Origin: Escherichia phage Ec1-ASingh
Sequence record: PQ561393
Strand: one strand, 5' to 3'
Length of the DNA stretch: 61,135 nt
Shown: one piece after another, positions 45,611 through 54,285 of the stretch
Position numbering within the stretch: the stretch's first letter is position 1
Layout of the letters: each line of letters begins with the position of its first letter
Translations under genes and position numbers: made by a program
The notes under the pieces: model-generated
Seen by the model: only the letters and a program-made list of their open reading frames with translations
Told to the model about the DNA's origin: nothing
Databases searched by the model: none

Positions 45611-46081
45611 TCATTTTGCCACCGCGTGGAATTTACGCCAGCCGTAGAACTCAATGGTGGCGTTGTTCAGATTCCACCCCTTCTGAGCTGCCAGTTCACG
45701 AACCACATGAATGTCAATCTCAAAACCCTGCTTTTTGATGTCGTCAAGCGTTGACCAAACTTCAGCGCATTTACCTTTAATCGGGCGACGCACACCATTG
45801 CGAATTTCGCTGCGCACCTTAGACGCTTTAGGCGCTTCCGGCGCGGCAGGTGCAGGCACCGCAACGGTGGCGATTTTGTCTGCCGCGATAGACGGGTTAG
45901 CTGCGCGGTTGACAGCCGCTTCGCTGAACCAGTAACGACCGCCGTCTTCGAGTGCTTCGAGGTTAATGAGCGAGTTTGCTACTTCGGTAGAGCAGTTGAA
46001 AATCTTTTTCAGAGCGCGACGCGCGTTAGACATGTTGGTGAAGAATTTAGCATCTTTGGTCGGTTTGGTTACAGTTGTCAT
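45611..46081 (-). CDS. Hypothetical early protein
   Basis: Start at ATG 46081 with RBS GAGGG; ORF track extends to 46171. Confidence 0.45.
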   Translation of the reverse strand: MTTVTKPTKDAKFFTNMSNARRALKKIFNCSTEVANSLINLEALEDGGRYWFSEAAVNRAANPSIAADKIATVAVPAPAAPEAPKASKVRSEIRNGVRRPIKGKCAEVWSTLDDIKKQGFEIDIHVVRELAAQKGWNLNNATIEFYGWRKFHAVAK

Positions 46082-46152
46082 TTTTAAACCCTCATTTTGT
46101 TCTAGCGATAGTGCTAGTGGAAGCACACTCAGCGAATGTGCAACCATTAGAA

Positions 46153-46338
46153 CTATTCGGTCAGTAAACAAGCAGGCAGTGAACCTAATTGCTGTACTGC
46201 GAACTTGTAAAACTCTACCATTTCGGTATCACCCATTCGCTGCGCTTCTGCGCACAGTTCAGGCAGAACGTCGCGAGCGCGTGAAACTGCTACAGACAGC
46301 GCGTAGACTTGGTCTTCGGTGAACTGCAATGTAACCAT
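46153..46338 (-). CDS. Hypothetical early protein
   Basis: 61 aa, first ORF downstream of divergent non-coding region. Confidence 0.4.
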   Translation of the reverse strand: MVTLQFTEDQVYALSVAVSRARDVLPELCAEAQRMGDTEMVEFYKFAVQQLGSLPACLLTE

Positions 46339-46465
46339 TTTGTAACCCCTTATTTCTGTGTTTTGCTGCTGTGTTTATATAGTAGCAGAACTAGAACTAA
46401 TGTCTAACTTTGTATTGTAAAGTAATGTAAAGGCACTACTACGTTAGGTCCATGGTGTATGGGTG

Positions 46466-46477
46466 CATGGGCCCATG
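46466..46477. repeat. 12-bp perfect palindrome catgggcccatg
   Basis: Self-complementary sequence in G-rich non-coding region. Confidence 0.6.
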
Positions 46478-46486
46478 GAGTGTGGA

Positions 46487-46517
46487 GGGTGTAGGCACGC
46501 TCAGGGTGTAGGTACGC
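46487..46517. repeat. Direct repeat gggtgtagg(c/t)acgc x2
   Basis: 14-bp units at 46487 and 46504. Confidence 0.6.
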
Positions 46518-46519
46518 AA

Positions 46520-46536
46520 GGGGTGGGCAGGGTGGG
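46520..46536 (+). other. Canonical G-quadruplex motif GGGG-T-GGG-CA-GGG-T-GGG
   Basis: Four G3+ tracts with 1-2 nt loops on plus strand within a 120-bp G-rich stretch. Confidence 0.5.
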
Positions 46537-47106
46537 CTCAGGTATGGTGGGGTAGGTATAGCACGCACACGCGTCTAGCATGTTTACGTATTAGATGCAA
46601 CTAATATCTTAAGTCTTCTGTAGCAAAAAGTGCTAAATCGAGATCGGCGCGAATCTATGCTAGGGTACAAGGTAGAGGGTAAAAGCGCCTACAGCGCCTT
46701 ACAGCGCCCTATAGCATAGGTGTATACATGTACAGGACTATGCAACAATCATACCAACATGCGGATGCACTATAGTAGTGCATGTGTGTACACATATCTA
46801 TACAGACAAAGAAAGACAAACAATCTAATCAATGTATGTAACAATAAGCATACTAATTAATAGACAAGCTATCGGTCACACGGCGTGACTATCACCTCAC
46901 CGATGATCAGCGATGCAACTGATAACGCCGCCGCGGCCTCCTGGTAACGTATCTCGCTTTCGTCTTACCAAGATTGAGTCGCCAGTAGGCACCCACACGC
47001 ATCCGTTTCGTCAGTAGACAAACTATCAAGTGGACTGTGCCACCTCACCCATCATAAACTTGCCCGTACCTGTTATTTCCATGTGTAAATACTCGAGAGG
47101 TGTACC

Positions 47107-47334
47107 GTGCATATTCCGCTGACTTTACTGTATCTTTCCATCCTGTACTTCGTTTTCCAGAGCGTGCTCATTGCTGCTGGCGTAACCGTTGGCACCGTGT
47201 TTGTCGTGTACGCACTTGTCGTGCTGCTTACTAAGGATGATGCTAAATCCCTGCGTTACACCTGCAACGTTCTTAGTTTGCTTGTCATAGTGGTGCCATG
47301 CCTGACGATCCTATGGGATTTCTACACGGAGTAA
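47107..47334 (+). CDS. Small membrane protein (2 TM)
   Basis: GTG start with RBS GAGAGG; two hydrophobic helices. Confidence 0.45.
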   Translation: MHIPLTLLYLSILYFVFQSVLIAAGVTVGTVFVVYALVVLLTKDDAKSLRYTCNVLSLLVIVVPCLTILWDFYTE

Positions 47335-47423
47335 TGTGGTCACTAGAATCAACTTGCACGGTATTTAAATCCGCGTTAGTTCCCTGCTATAGTTAGTCTG
47401 CAAACAACAAAGGGGGAACTAAA

Positions 47424-47798
47424 ATGGGTATCAAAGAAGTTTGGTCTCACGTTAAGACGTTAAGCAGGCCTCAGCGTCAGCTTCTGGTGATTGTACCGAA
47501 CCGTAATTATTTAGCGGAGCTCTGTGCTCAAGCGTTCGATGAATGTGACACTCGGCGTATGGTTCGTCGTGGGTTGCTCGTTGTGCTCATCCGCTATGAG
47601 GATCGAGACATGAAGGTTATGGTGGGCGCTTACCACGGGGAAGAGCTGGTCTGCCGAACCAAAGAGCAGTTAATGGGCCGACGCGACCAGGACGTTGTAA
47701 TCTGCGATCCTGTTAATATGGGTGCCAAGCTCAAGCACGAATTGCAGTGCCTGTCGGCTACCTTCGGGGCTCATTTCAGTGTAGTGGTGGACAAATGA
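47424..47798 (+). CDS. Hypothetical protein
   Basis: 124 aa, RBS GGGGGAA. Confidence 0.5.
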   Translation: MGIKEVWSHVKTLSRPQRQLLVIVPNRNYLAELCAQAFDECDTRRMVRRGLLVVLIRYEDRDMKVMVGAYHGEELVCRTKEQLMGRRDQDVVICDPVNMGAKLKHELQCLSATFGAHFSVVVDK

Positions 47799-48133
47799 AA
47801 GACATCCTTCTTCCTAAGCTGTATACGGCGCTCCGTGATACGTTGCTTCAGGCCGATTGGGTGACTTCCCATAGCAGTCCTGAAGATACGTTTATTGTTC
47901 TGGTGTCGCCGGACAACGTTGTTCGCTGCGTGCTGCACTACATGCCGGAGTGCCAGAACGTGTACCCGAACGGGACGTGGACGCTGAAGCTCAACACGGA
48001 CGAGGGTACATGGGTCGCTGAAACGGCAACCCGTCCTATTGAGACCGACTCAACCTTCTTCATGTCCGACTTCCGACGCTTGCTTTCTATCAGTGTCATC
48101 CTCAAAGACCAAATCAGCAAGGACCCATTTTAA
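47795..48133 (+). CDS. Hypothetical protein
   Basis: Start at ATG 47795 (ATGA overlap). Confidence 0.45.
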   Translation: MKDILLPKLYTALRDTLLQADWVTSHSSPEDTFIVLVSPDNVVRCVLHYMPECQNVYPNGTWTLKLNTDEGTWVAETATRPIETDSTFFMSDFRRLLSISVILKDQISKDPF

Positions 48134-48594
48134 TGCGCAGAATTGTACATCAGACGCAGCCGACCCCGTTGTCGTGCATTGCTACGTGCCTGGCTATGCT
48201 CGTTGGCCGTAAGGCTCATTTCGTCGACCAGGAGTTCACGCAGGATTACGGGCAGCAAAAAGTCGACGTCCCAATGGCCCTGGCTCCGTTTAATATCATG
48301 TGTAAACCACAGCTGGCGGCGGGCGTCCATCAGCTTGCAACGGGGTCGCTGTACCTTGCCACTGTACCGTCGCTCATGAGTGCGGGCCTGTTCCACCAAA
48401 TCATTATCGACACACGGTCTGGAAAGGTTGAAGTCTTCGATCCTGGCCAGGGTGTTAGCAAAACGACGCAGTATTATGTCCCTCCGGAGTCGCCAACGCT
48501 CGACCCGGACAGTCAATTTTATGATCCTTTGGCGTTTCCATTGCGGACGTGGATCTTGGACTATGAACTGGTGATATTGGACGATGCCGACTAA
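48133..48594 (+). CDS. Peptidase C39-like cysteine peptidase domain protein
   Basis: QPTPLSCIATCLAMLVG and HQIIID...VFDPGQG; same Gln/Cys/His/Asp arrangement as C39 bacteriocin-processing peptidase domains; paralog of 17340..17789. Confidence 0.5.
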   Translation: MRRIVHQTQPTPLSCIATCLAMLVGRKAHFVDQEFTQDYGQQKVDVPMALAPFNIMCKPQLAAGVHQLATGSLYLATVPSLMSAGLFHQIIIDTRSGKVEVFDPGQGVSKTTQYYVPPESPTLDPDSQFYDPLAFPLRTWILDYELVILDDAD

Positions 48595-48928
48595 TCATAG
48601 AGTTCCATATTTTACAAGATACGAAGACGCTAAGGCCTACGCCCAGGCCTTAGCGGATCGGTGCAGGACACCCGACCGCACGCGCTATGTCGCACTAGCA
48701 TGGGCGAATCGTTGGGCCGTGGGTACTAAGAAGCAGTTAGAAGATCTCGGCCTGGGGCCGCTGGTGCCGCTGTACAGCCGGCAAAACGTGCGCATGAAGC
48801 AGGAGGAGCAAGCACAGATTTTCGCATACTGGAACCAGTGTGGGAATATTAAAAAGACAGCTACGAAGTTTGGCGTGTCATACGGCAAGGTATATCATAT
48901 CGTTCGTTTAATGAGGAACAAGAAATGA
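48584..48928 (+). CDS. HTH DNA-binding protein
   Basis: C-terminal IKKTATKFGVSYGKVYHIV helix-turn-helix-like segment. Confidence 0.45.
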   Translation: MPTNHRVPYFTRYEDAKAYAQALADRCRTPDRTRYVALAWANRWAVGTKKQLEDLGLGPLVPLYSRQNVRMKQEEQAQIFAYWNQCGNIKKTATKFGVSYGKVYHIVRLMRNKK

Positions 48929-49401
48929 CGGCTATTGCATATCGTGACGGGATTATTGCTGCGGACCGACAGGTTACATGGGGTTCCGTGGCGGGTGTCT
49001 CCAAAAAGATTCATAAAATAAATGTCCATCCTTACGGGCTGTGCCTTGTAGCGATGAGCGGGTTCGTTTACGGTGAAGAAATCATTCTGGACCAGTTGCG
49101 CACCAACAGCTCGGGCAGGGGTGAAAACATCGGTGAAATGCAGCGCGACAGCCGGTACGGCTTCCTGATCACTAAGGAGATGAAAGTTCACGCTATTTAT
49201 GGTGACGGTCGGGTTGGCATGGAAGAGCATCACGAAAACCACTTCATTGCGGAGGGTAGCGCATTTCAGTTCCTGATGGGCGCGATGGCAGCCGGTGCAA
49301 GCGCTCGTGAAGCAGTTGCTCTGGCGTGCGACTACTGCGATTCCTGCGGCCAGGGTATTGATACTATTGACGTTCGTGAGGCGCTGAAAGATGAAGAATG
49401 A
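48925..49401 (+). CDS. HslV/proteasome-beta-like Ntn hydrolase (peptidase T1-like)
   Basis: Met-Thr N-terminus, TAIAYRDGIIAADRQVTWG, SKKIHK, and C-terminal GSAFQ..AAGASAREAVALA..D resembling HslV Thr1/Lys33/GSG/SAREIAEKAL regions. Confidence 0.5.
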   Translation: MTAIAYRDGIIAADRQVTWGSVAGVSKKIHKINVHPYGLCLVAMSGFVYGEEIILDQLRTNSSGRGENIGEMQRDSRYGFLITKEMKVHAIYGDGRVGMEEHHENHFIAEGSAFQFLMGAMAAGASAREAVALACDYCDSCGQGIDTIDVREALKDEE

Positions 49402-49783
49402 TGGTGGTGCGTGCTTCGACAATGTAATCCCGAATGTTCTGTATCTAGCACGAAGGATTAAGACGTGCCATTTCGAGGAGACGCCGTTAGGGATACATGT
49501 GGTCATCAACGGGGAATTGCACCTTTGTCAAAGTGAAGACCTTGCAATTGCGGTCCTGGACAGCAATACTAACTGCAAAGGTGAGCTTTATGTGTACTGC
49601 GCAGAAACGGAAACGCTCGTTCTGCAAGGTATCGGTATCGTCACAGGTATTGCGGATTGTGCTTACCACATACGGGAGATTCTGGATGGCCAGATTGAAG
49701 CTCGCGAGGTCGATCAAGCCGAGGGGCAAGGTAACAAGAACGACACTGGTAACGGGCCTTTTAACCAGGCCTACGAAGGGTAG
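49391..49783 (+). CDS. Hypothetical protein
   Basis: 130 aa ORF, overlaps upstream stop. Confidence 0.45.
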   Translation: MKNDGGACFDNVIPNVLYLARRIKTCHFEETPLGIHVVINGELHLCQSEDLAIAVLDSNTNCKGELYVYCAETETLVLQGIGIVTGIADCAYHIREILDGQIEAREVDQAEGQGNKNDTGNGPFNQAYEG

Positions 49784-49802
49784 AAAGAAACGTTTCAAGT
49801 GT

Positions 49803-49964
49803 ATGGGCGGACCCTTCGACGGGAAAACTATTGCATTATGGGACGAAATGCCCGGTAATACTGGAACAATGGAGTTCAGTATTCCGAGCTACAATAACGG
49901 CGAACGGGGTTTATACAAACCGGACGCGGAATTCGCGGATTGTGTAACCTGGAGAACGGTATGA
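49803..49964 (+). CDS. Hypothetical small protein
   Basis: Start at ATG 49803; upstream part of the ORF-track version overlaps the preceding gene; weak RBS. Confidence 0.3.
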   Translation: MGGPFDGKTIALWDEMPGNTGTMEFSIPSYNNGERGLYKPDAEFADCVTWRTV

Positions 49965-50164
49965 GTAAAGCAGAGTCGGAAGCGCAAGTTCTTTCTCTTA
50001 TGATGCGAGGCCATGCAGCAAAAGAGGGCATCACCAAAGAAATGGAAGATGTCCTTGGAGAGCTACAGGCCATGCGCCTGCGTTATAAGAACGAACAGGG
50101 CGATAAAGGGGAAGCGGCATTTTTCTGCGCTTTAGCTGTTTTTAATGCGGAACTACAATTATGA
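49961..50164 (+). CDS. Hypothetical protein
   Basis: ATG 49961 with RBS GGAG, ATGA overlap. Confidence 0.4.
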   Translation: MSKAESEAQVLSLMMRGHAAKEGITKEMEDVLGELQAMRLRYKNEQGDKGEAAFFCALAVFNAELQL

Positions 50165-50703
50165 TCCCCGCATGGGTTCCCTCATGGGTTCCCAAGTGGC
50201 TCTGGGCCGCCCTGCCTTATTTGGTAGTGGCGGTTTTGATCGCTGCTGGGGTGTGGAAGTATAACCATGACGTAGAGAAAGCCAGAACTGGAGGTTTCGA
50301 TGCCGGTGTCGCGTACCAAAAAGGCATTGAGACGATCGATACTCTGCGCACACGACAGGAACGAGAAGATGAGAAGAAGCGAATTGAAGGGCAGGCGGCT
50401 GCTCGTGTTGCTGATGCTAATCGCGATCGTGATCTTGCTTTGTCTCAGCTTGACGGGCTGCACAAAGAACTCAACCGGATACGTGCAATCGGACAGCGCT
50501 ATACCGGACCTCAGTCCTCTGGCACGTCAACCGGAGAGATCATCAATATGCTCGCCGACCTGTACGAAGCGAGCGAGCGAGACTACAATGCAGCGGCAGC
50601 AGAAGCTGACAGCTATTACAACGCCGGACTCACCTGTGAAATCCAATACGACTCCTTGAAGGCCAAACATGATGAAGCAAAAGGTAGCCAAGCGGCTAAC
50701 TGA
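50161..50703 (+). CDS. Inner-membrane spanin (Rz-like)
   Basis: N-terminal TM helix then charged coiled-coil periplasmic domain; contains embedded lipoprotein ORF. Confidence 0.6.
   Translation: MIPAWVPSWVPKWLWAALPYLVVAVLIAAGVWKYNHDVEKARTGGFDAGVAYQKGIETIDTLRTRQEREDEKKRIEGQAAARVADANRDRDLALSQLDGLHKELNRIRAIGQRYTGPQSSGTSTGEIINMLADLYEASERDYNAAAAEADSYYNAGLTCEIQYDSLKAKHDEAKGSQAAN
50369..50659 (+). CDS. Outer-membrane spanin (Rz1-like lipoprotein) embedded in +1 frame of Rz-like gene
   Basis: Signal peptide with lipobox LSLTGC, Pro-rich mature region; RBS AGGAA upstream of ATG 50369. Confidence 0.55.
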   Translation: MRRSELKGRRLLVLLMLIAIVILLCLSLTGCTKNSTGYVQSDSAIPDLSPLARQPERSSICSPTCTKRASETTMQRQQKLTAITTPDSPVKSNTTP

Positions 50704-50890
50704 CAAAGAGCTCGAAGCGCACGCCTCTAAGGTGGGTGAAGATTGCAAAGAGCAGTACGAGAATTACCGTATGCAGATACTCGCTATTCTTGATCAGGCG
50801 ACTGAAGCTGGTAATGTTAATCTTGCAGGATTCATGTTCGCCTTTAGCGCAGTCAGTAACGAAATCGCAAGGCGCAACGGTATTAAGTAA
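50669..50890 (+). CDS. Hypothetical protein
   Basis: 73 aa ORF. Confidence 0.4.
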   Translation: MMKQKVAKRLTDKELEAHASKVGEDCKEQYENYRMQILAILDQATEAGNVNLAGFMFAFSAVSNEIARRNGIK

Positions 50891-50952
50891 CGTTGCACAA
50901 TGTGATATCCCGCCTTACCCTGCCCCTTGTTTAATCAACAGGGGGCATTTTT

Positions 50953-51387
50953 ATGAGCACACCGCGCGGCATTCGCAACAATAACCCAGGCAACATTCGC
51001 TGGGGGGACGACTGGAAAGGGCTTGTCCCTCCAGCTAAACGCACTGACAAAGATTTCTGTCAATTTCTCGAAAGCAAATGGGGGATTCGCGCACTTGTGA
51101 AAGTGCTGTTAAACTACCGTAAGCGGCCGGGGGTGCCTGGGGTAGGAAATTCAGGGATTGACACTGTGAGAGAAATCATTTCTCGTTGGGCGCCACCTAA
51201 CGAGAACAATACGGAAGCCTACATTCAATCGGTCGCTAAGGCTTGCGGTGTTAAGCCAAATGAAGCAATCGATATTACGGACAAATCTCTTGTGTTGAAA
51301 ATGGTGAAGGCTATCATTCAGCACGAGAACGGTGTCCAGCCTTATACAGACGCCATTCTGTTGGCGGGCATCGGACTAGCATTCTAA
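50953..51387 (+). CDS. Putative endolysin / peptidoglycan hydrolase (assignment by context)
   Basis: 144 aa soluble protein with RNNNPGNIRWG motif, located between spanins and holin-like genes; enzymatic class not established. Confidence 0.35.
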   Translation: MSTPRGIRNNNPGNIRWGDDWKGLVPPAKRTDKDFCQFLESKWGIRALVKVLLNYRKRPGVPGVGNSGIDTVREIISRWAPPNENNTEAYIQSVAKACGVKPNEAIDITDKSLVLKMVKAIIQHENGVQPYTDAILLAGIGLAF

Positions 51388-51400
51388 TAAGGGGCCACTA

Positions 51401-51739
51401 ATGGATCCAATCAGAGTTGACTGGGATTGGTTTAAAGTAGCGGTATTTACTTTGATCGCCCTTGTTGGCGGTTGCTTAGGCTACACCGCAAGAAAGCTGG
51501 ACGCTAAAGAAAAGTTCAGTTTGGGTGTGTTTTTCTTTGAAGGCATATCCTCTGCATTTTTCGGTTTTTTGATTGGACTAGTGAGCATGGAGCACAATGC
51601 GTCCTTAGGATGGGGCGGTTCTATCATCGGTGTGCTGTCATGGTTCGGTGCCCGTTCTATGGTCAGTATCCTTAAACCGATTGTGATGAAACGTCTCGGG
51701 CTATTCTTCGGAGTTAACACAGATGAAAAGTCTAACTAA
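51401..51739 (+). CDS. Holin-like membrane protein (3 TM)
   Basis: Three hydrophobic helices, charged C-terminus. Confidence 0.45.
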   Translation: MDPIRVDWDWFKVAVFTLIALVGGCLGYTARKLDAKEKFSLGVFFFEGISSAFFGFLIGLVSMEHNASLGWGGSIIGVLSWFGARSMVSILKPIVMKRLGLFFGVNTDEKSN

Positions 51740-52025
51740 CATCCGCTGGTCATTACCGAGCCCATCGCTCATGCTCCACTATTGTCTTATCGCGCTGTTC
51801 TTGGCGTCGATGGGCGCCGGAGTAGTGTGGTATTCTCATGTAGAGAAGGTGATGGCGACAGTGGATACGAACGCCAAACAGGTTACAGGTCTTGCAGATC
51901 GTCTTCGGGGCGAGCTACCAGATCGTCCTGAGCTGGACGCAAAGCTAACCAGAATACAGGTTAAGTCCGACCAGATTCAATCCACTGTTCAATCCGTTGT
52001 ACCTAACACAACCGTCGTCAACTAA
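51723..52025 (+). CDS. Membrane protein (1 TM), lysis accessory candidate
   Basis: N-terminal TM helix, soluble C-terminal domain. Confidence 0.4.
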   Translation: MKSLTNIRWSLPSPSLMLHYCLIALFLASMGAGVVWYSHVEKVMATVDTNAKQVTGLADRLRGELPDRPELDAKLTRIQVKSDQIQSTVQSVVPNTTVVN

Positions 52026-52029
52026 ACTA

Positions 52030-52066
52030 AAGCCCACTCCATCTCATTCGGGGTGGGCTTTTTTAT
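52030..52066 (+). terminator. Rho-independent terminator after lysis genes
   Basis: aagcccac ... gtgggctt hairpin followed by T6. Confidence 0.55.
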
Positions 52067-52155
52067 TCCCTCCTGTATCCATCTTTGCCGTTTAACTTGC
52101 GTTATGTTAGTCCATCACTTATATTCCTGTCATACATGATATGGGGAATGGCGCA

Positions 52156-52707
52156 ATGGGAAACACACTTTTACCGTGGACTCAGAGCATTGAGTATGAG
52201 ACGGATCTAAGTCCGGATGAGATGCGTCTGCGCGATGCAGTCGTTAAGGAATACCTCTTTGACCACGATTGGGTGAAAGCGTGCAAGCGTCTCGGCATGA
52301 ACTCTGCTATGGCGGATGAGTATGCCCGTCGCTTCCGCGATGACTCGTACGTGCAGAAACGCATCAAAGACTTTGAATTAATAGAAGCTGAAAAGCCTGA
52401 GGCTAACAAGAAAGCAGAGTTCGACCAAAAGAAACAACGTATCATTATGCAGCTTGAAGAGCAAGCTACTTATCACGGGCCTGGTGCATCCCACGCTGCC
52501 CGTGTCGCGGCACTCAAGCAGTTAGCAGTCATCTACGGGTTCGAAGCTCCTAAACAGGTTAAAGCGGAAGTGGGCGTGTCTAGCGGGGTTATGCTTGTAC
52601 CAATGACCGCCGATATGAGTTCGTGGGAGAAGTCCGCGGCCGAGGCACAAACTAAACTTCAAGAGGATACGATGAATGGACTCGACATTGACCCGACCGT
52701 CCACTAA
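52156..52707 (+). CDS. Terminase small subunit (putative)
   Basis: ORF immediately upstream of and overlapping terminase large subunit; start at ATG 52156 (RBS GGGGAA) or 52141. Confidence 0.45.
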   Translation: MGNTLLPWTQSIEYETDLSPDEMRLRDAVVKEYLFDHDWVKACKRLGMNSAMADEYARRFRDDSYVQKRIKDFELIEAEKPEANKKAEFDQKKQRIIMQLEEQATYHGPGASHAARVAALKQLAVIYGFEAPKQVKAEVGVSSGVMLVPMTADMSSWEKSAAEAQTKLQEDTMNGLDIDPTVH

Positions 52708-54274
52708 GATCGTTTGGAAGCCACATCCAGGGTCACAAGTGCTGGCCCTGAGTTGTCCTGCCGACGAAATCCTCTATCACGGCACTCGTGGCCCTGGTAA
52801 GACCGACGCCCAGCTAATGCGCTTCCGCCGATACGTTGGTATGGGGTATGGGAAGCATTGGCGCGGTATTATCTTTGACCGCGAATATAAGAACCTCGAT
52901 GACTTAGTTGCTAAGAGCCAACGTTGGTTCCCTGAGTTTAACGACGGGTGTAAGTTTCTTTCATCCAAATCAGATTACAAATGGGTATGGCCCACAGGAG
53001 AAGAACTTCTTTTCCGTGTTGCAAAGAAGCGCAAAGACTACTGGCTTTATCACGGTCAGGAATTTCCATTTATTGGTTGGAACGAATTAACCAAATACCC
53101 CGATGGTGATTTATACGAGGCAATGAAGTCTTGTAACCGTACATCGTTCATCGCGGAAGAGAACCCGATTATTATCGATGGGGACATCTACCATGAAACG
53201 GGGCAGATCGTTCTGGTTTCTGACGAGCACCATGCAGCGACAAAATTCATCCTTCCGGATCTACCGTTGCAGATATTTGCAACGACGAACCCCTTTGGCG
53301 TGGGCCACAACTGGGTCAAGAAATACTTCATTAACATGAGCCCTCTGGGCGGCATGTATAAAGAGACAACAAACGTATTCAACCCGCGAACTCAGACTTA
53401 TGTCGATGTTGTGCGCACGCGCTGCCATATCTTTGGGAGCTACCGTGAGAACCGCAACCTGACACCTGAGTATGTCGCTCAACTGGTTAACATTGACGAC
53501 CCGAACTTAAAGCTCGCCTGGCTGGGCGGAAGCTGGGACATTACTGCGGGCGGTATGTTTGATGATCTTTGGCGGCGATCTGTACATGTGGTCAAACCAT
53601 TCCGCATCCCCGATAGTTGGAAAATTGACAGATCGTTCGACTGGGGCTCCAGTAAACCGTTCTCTGTTGGCTGGTGGGCCCGTTCTGATGGTAGCGATGT
53701 CATTCTTGCAGACGGTAGCCGCATGTCTACGGTTCCAGGTGACCTGTTCCGAATCATGGAATGGTACGGAACAAATGGGAAACCGAACGAAGGGTTGAGA
53801 ATGTTGGATTCACAAATTACTCGTGGTATTATCCTGAAAGAAATAGACGCAGGATTGTACGGTCGAGTGATGCCAGGCGCGGCGGATAATAGTATCTGGG
53901 ACGTGAAAGACGGTAACAGTACGGCAGCGACAATGGCTAAACCGATTGAAATCAACGGGAAGAAATATCCTGGGATCCAATGGAAGCGAAGCGACAAGAC
54001 GCCCGGTTCCCGTAAGGCGGGCTGGAAGCAGATACGAGAATATCTTGCTGCCGCACTGCGCAAACCAGGCGATCCGATTATTCGTGAAAAACCTGCAATC
54101 TTTGTTTTTGATACTTGCGCACATTTTATTGATTTAGTCCCGTCACTACCTCGGGATGAGGAAGATATGGACGATGTCGATACGGACGCAGAAGATCATA
54201 TAGGGGACGAAGCTCGTTACCGTGTACTTGACGAACGACGTGGCGGCTCCACTGGTAAGACAACAGGCACATAA
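52676..54274 (+). CDS. terL: Terminase large subunit
   Basis: Walker A GTRGPGKT near N-terminus, 532 aa, followed by portal gene. Confidence 0.85.
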   Translation: MDSTLTRPSTKIVWKPHPGSQVLALSCPADEILYHGTRGPGKTDAQLMRFRRYVGMGYGKHWRGIIFDREYKNLDDLVAKSQRWFPEFNDGCKFLSSKSDYKWVWPTGEELLFRVAKKRKDYWLYHGQEFPFIGWNELTKYPDGDLYEAMKSCNRTSFIAEENPIIIDGDIYHETGQIVLVSDEHHAATKFILPDLPLQIFATTNPFGVGHNWVKKYFINMSPLGGMYKETTNVFNPRTQTYVDVVRTRCHIFGSYRENRNLTPEYVAQLVNIDDPNLKLAWLGGSWDITAGGMFDDLWRRSVHVVKPFRIPDSWKIDRSFDWGSSKPFSVGWWARSDGSDVILADGSRMSTVPGDLFRIMEWYGTNGKPNEGLRMLDSQITRGIILKEIDAGLYGRVMPGAADNSIWDVKDGNSTAATMAKPIEINGKKYPGIQWKRSDKTPGSRKAGWKQIREYLAAALRKPGDPIIREKPAIFVFDTCAHFIDLVPSLPRDEEDMDDVDTDAEDHIGDEARYRVLDERRGGSTGKTTGT

Positions 54275-54285
54275 GAGGCGGAACG

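Noticed and set aside
43391-47106. tRNA genes, integrase or attachment site in the non-coding regions
   Set aside because: No T-loop-like GGTTCGAAT signatures or cloverleaf-compatible segments noticed, and no tyrosine/serine recombinase motif anywhere in the window; the genome looks virulent rather than temperate. A tRNA scan would be needed to be sure.
53479-54063. 194-aa minus-strand ORF
   Set aside because: Antisense to the terminase large subunit gene.
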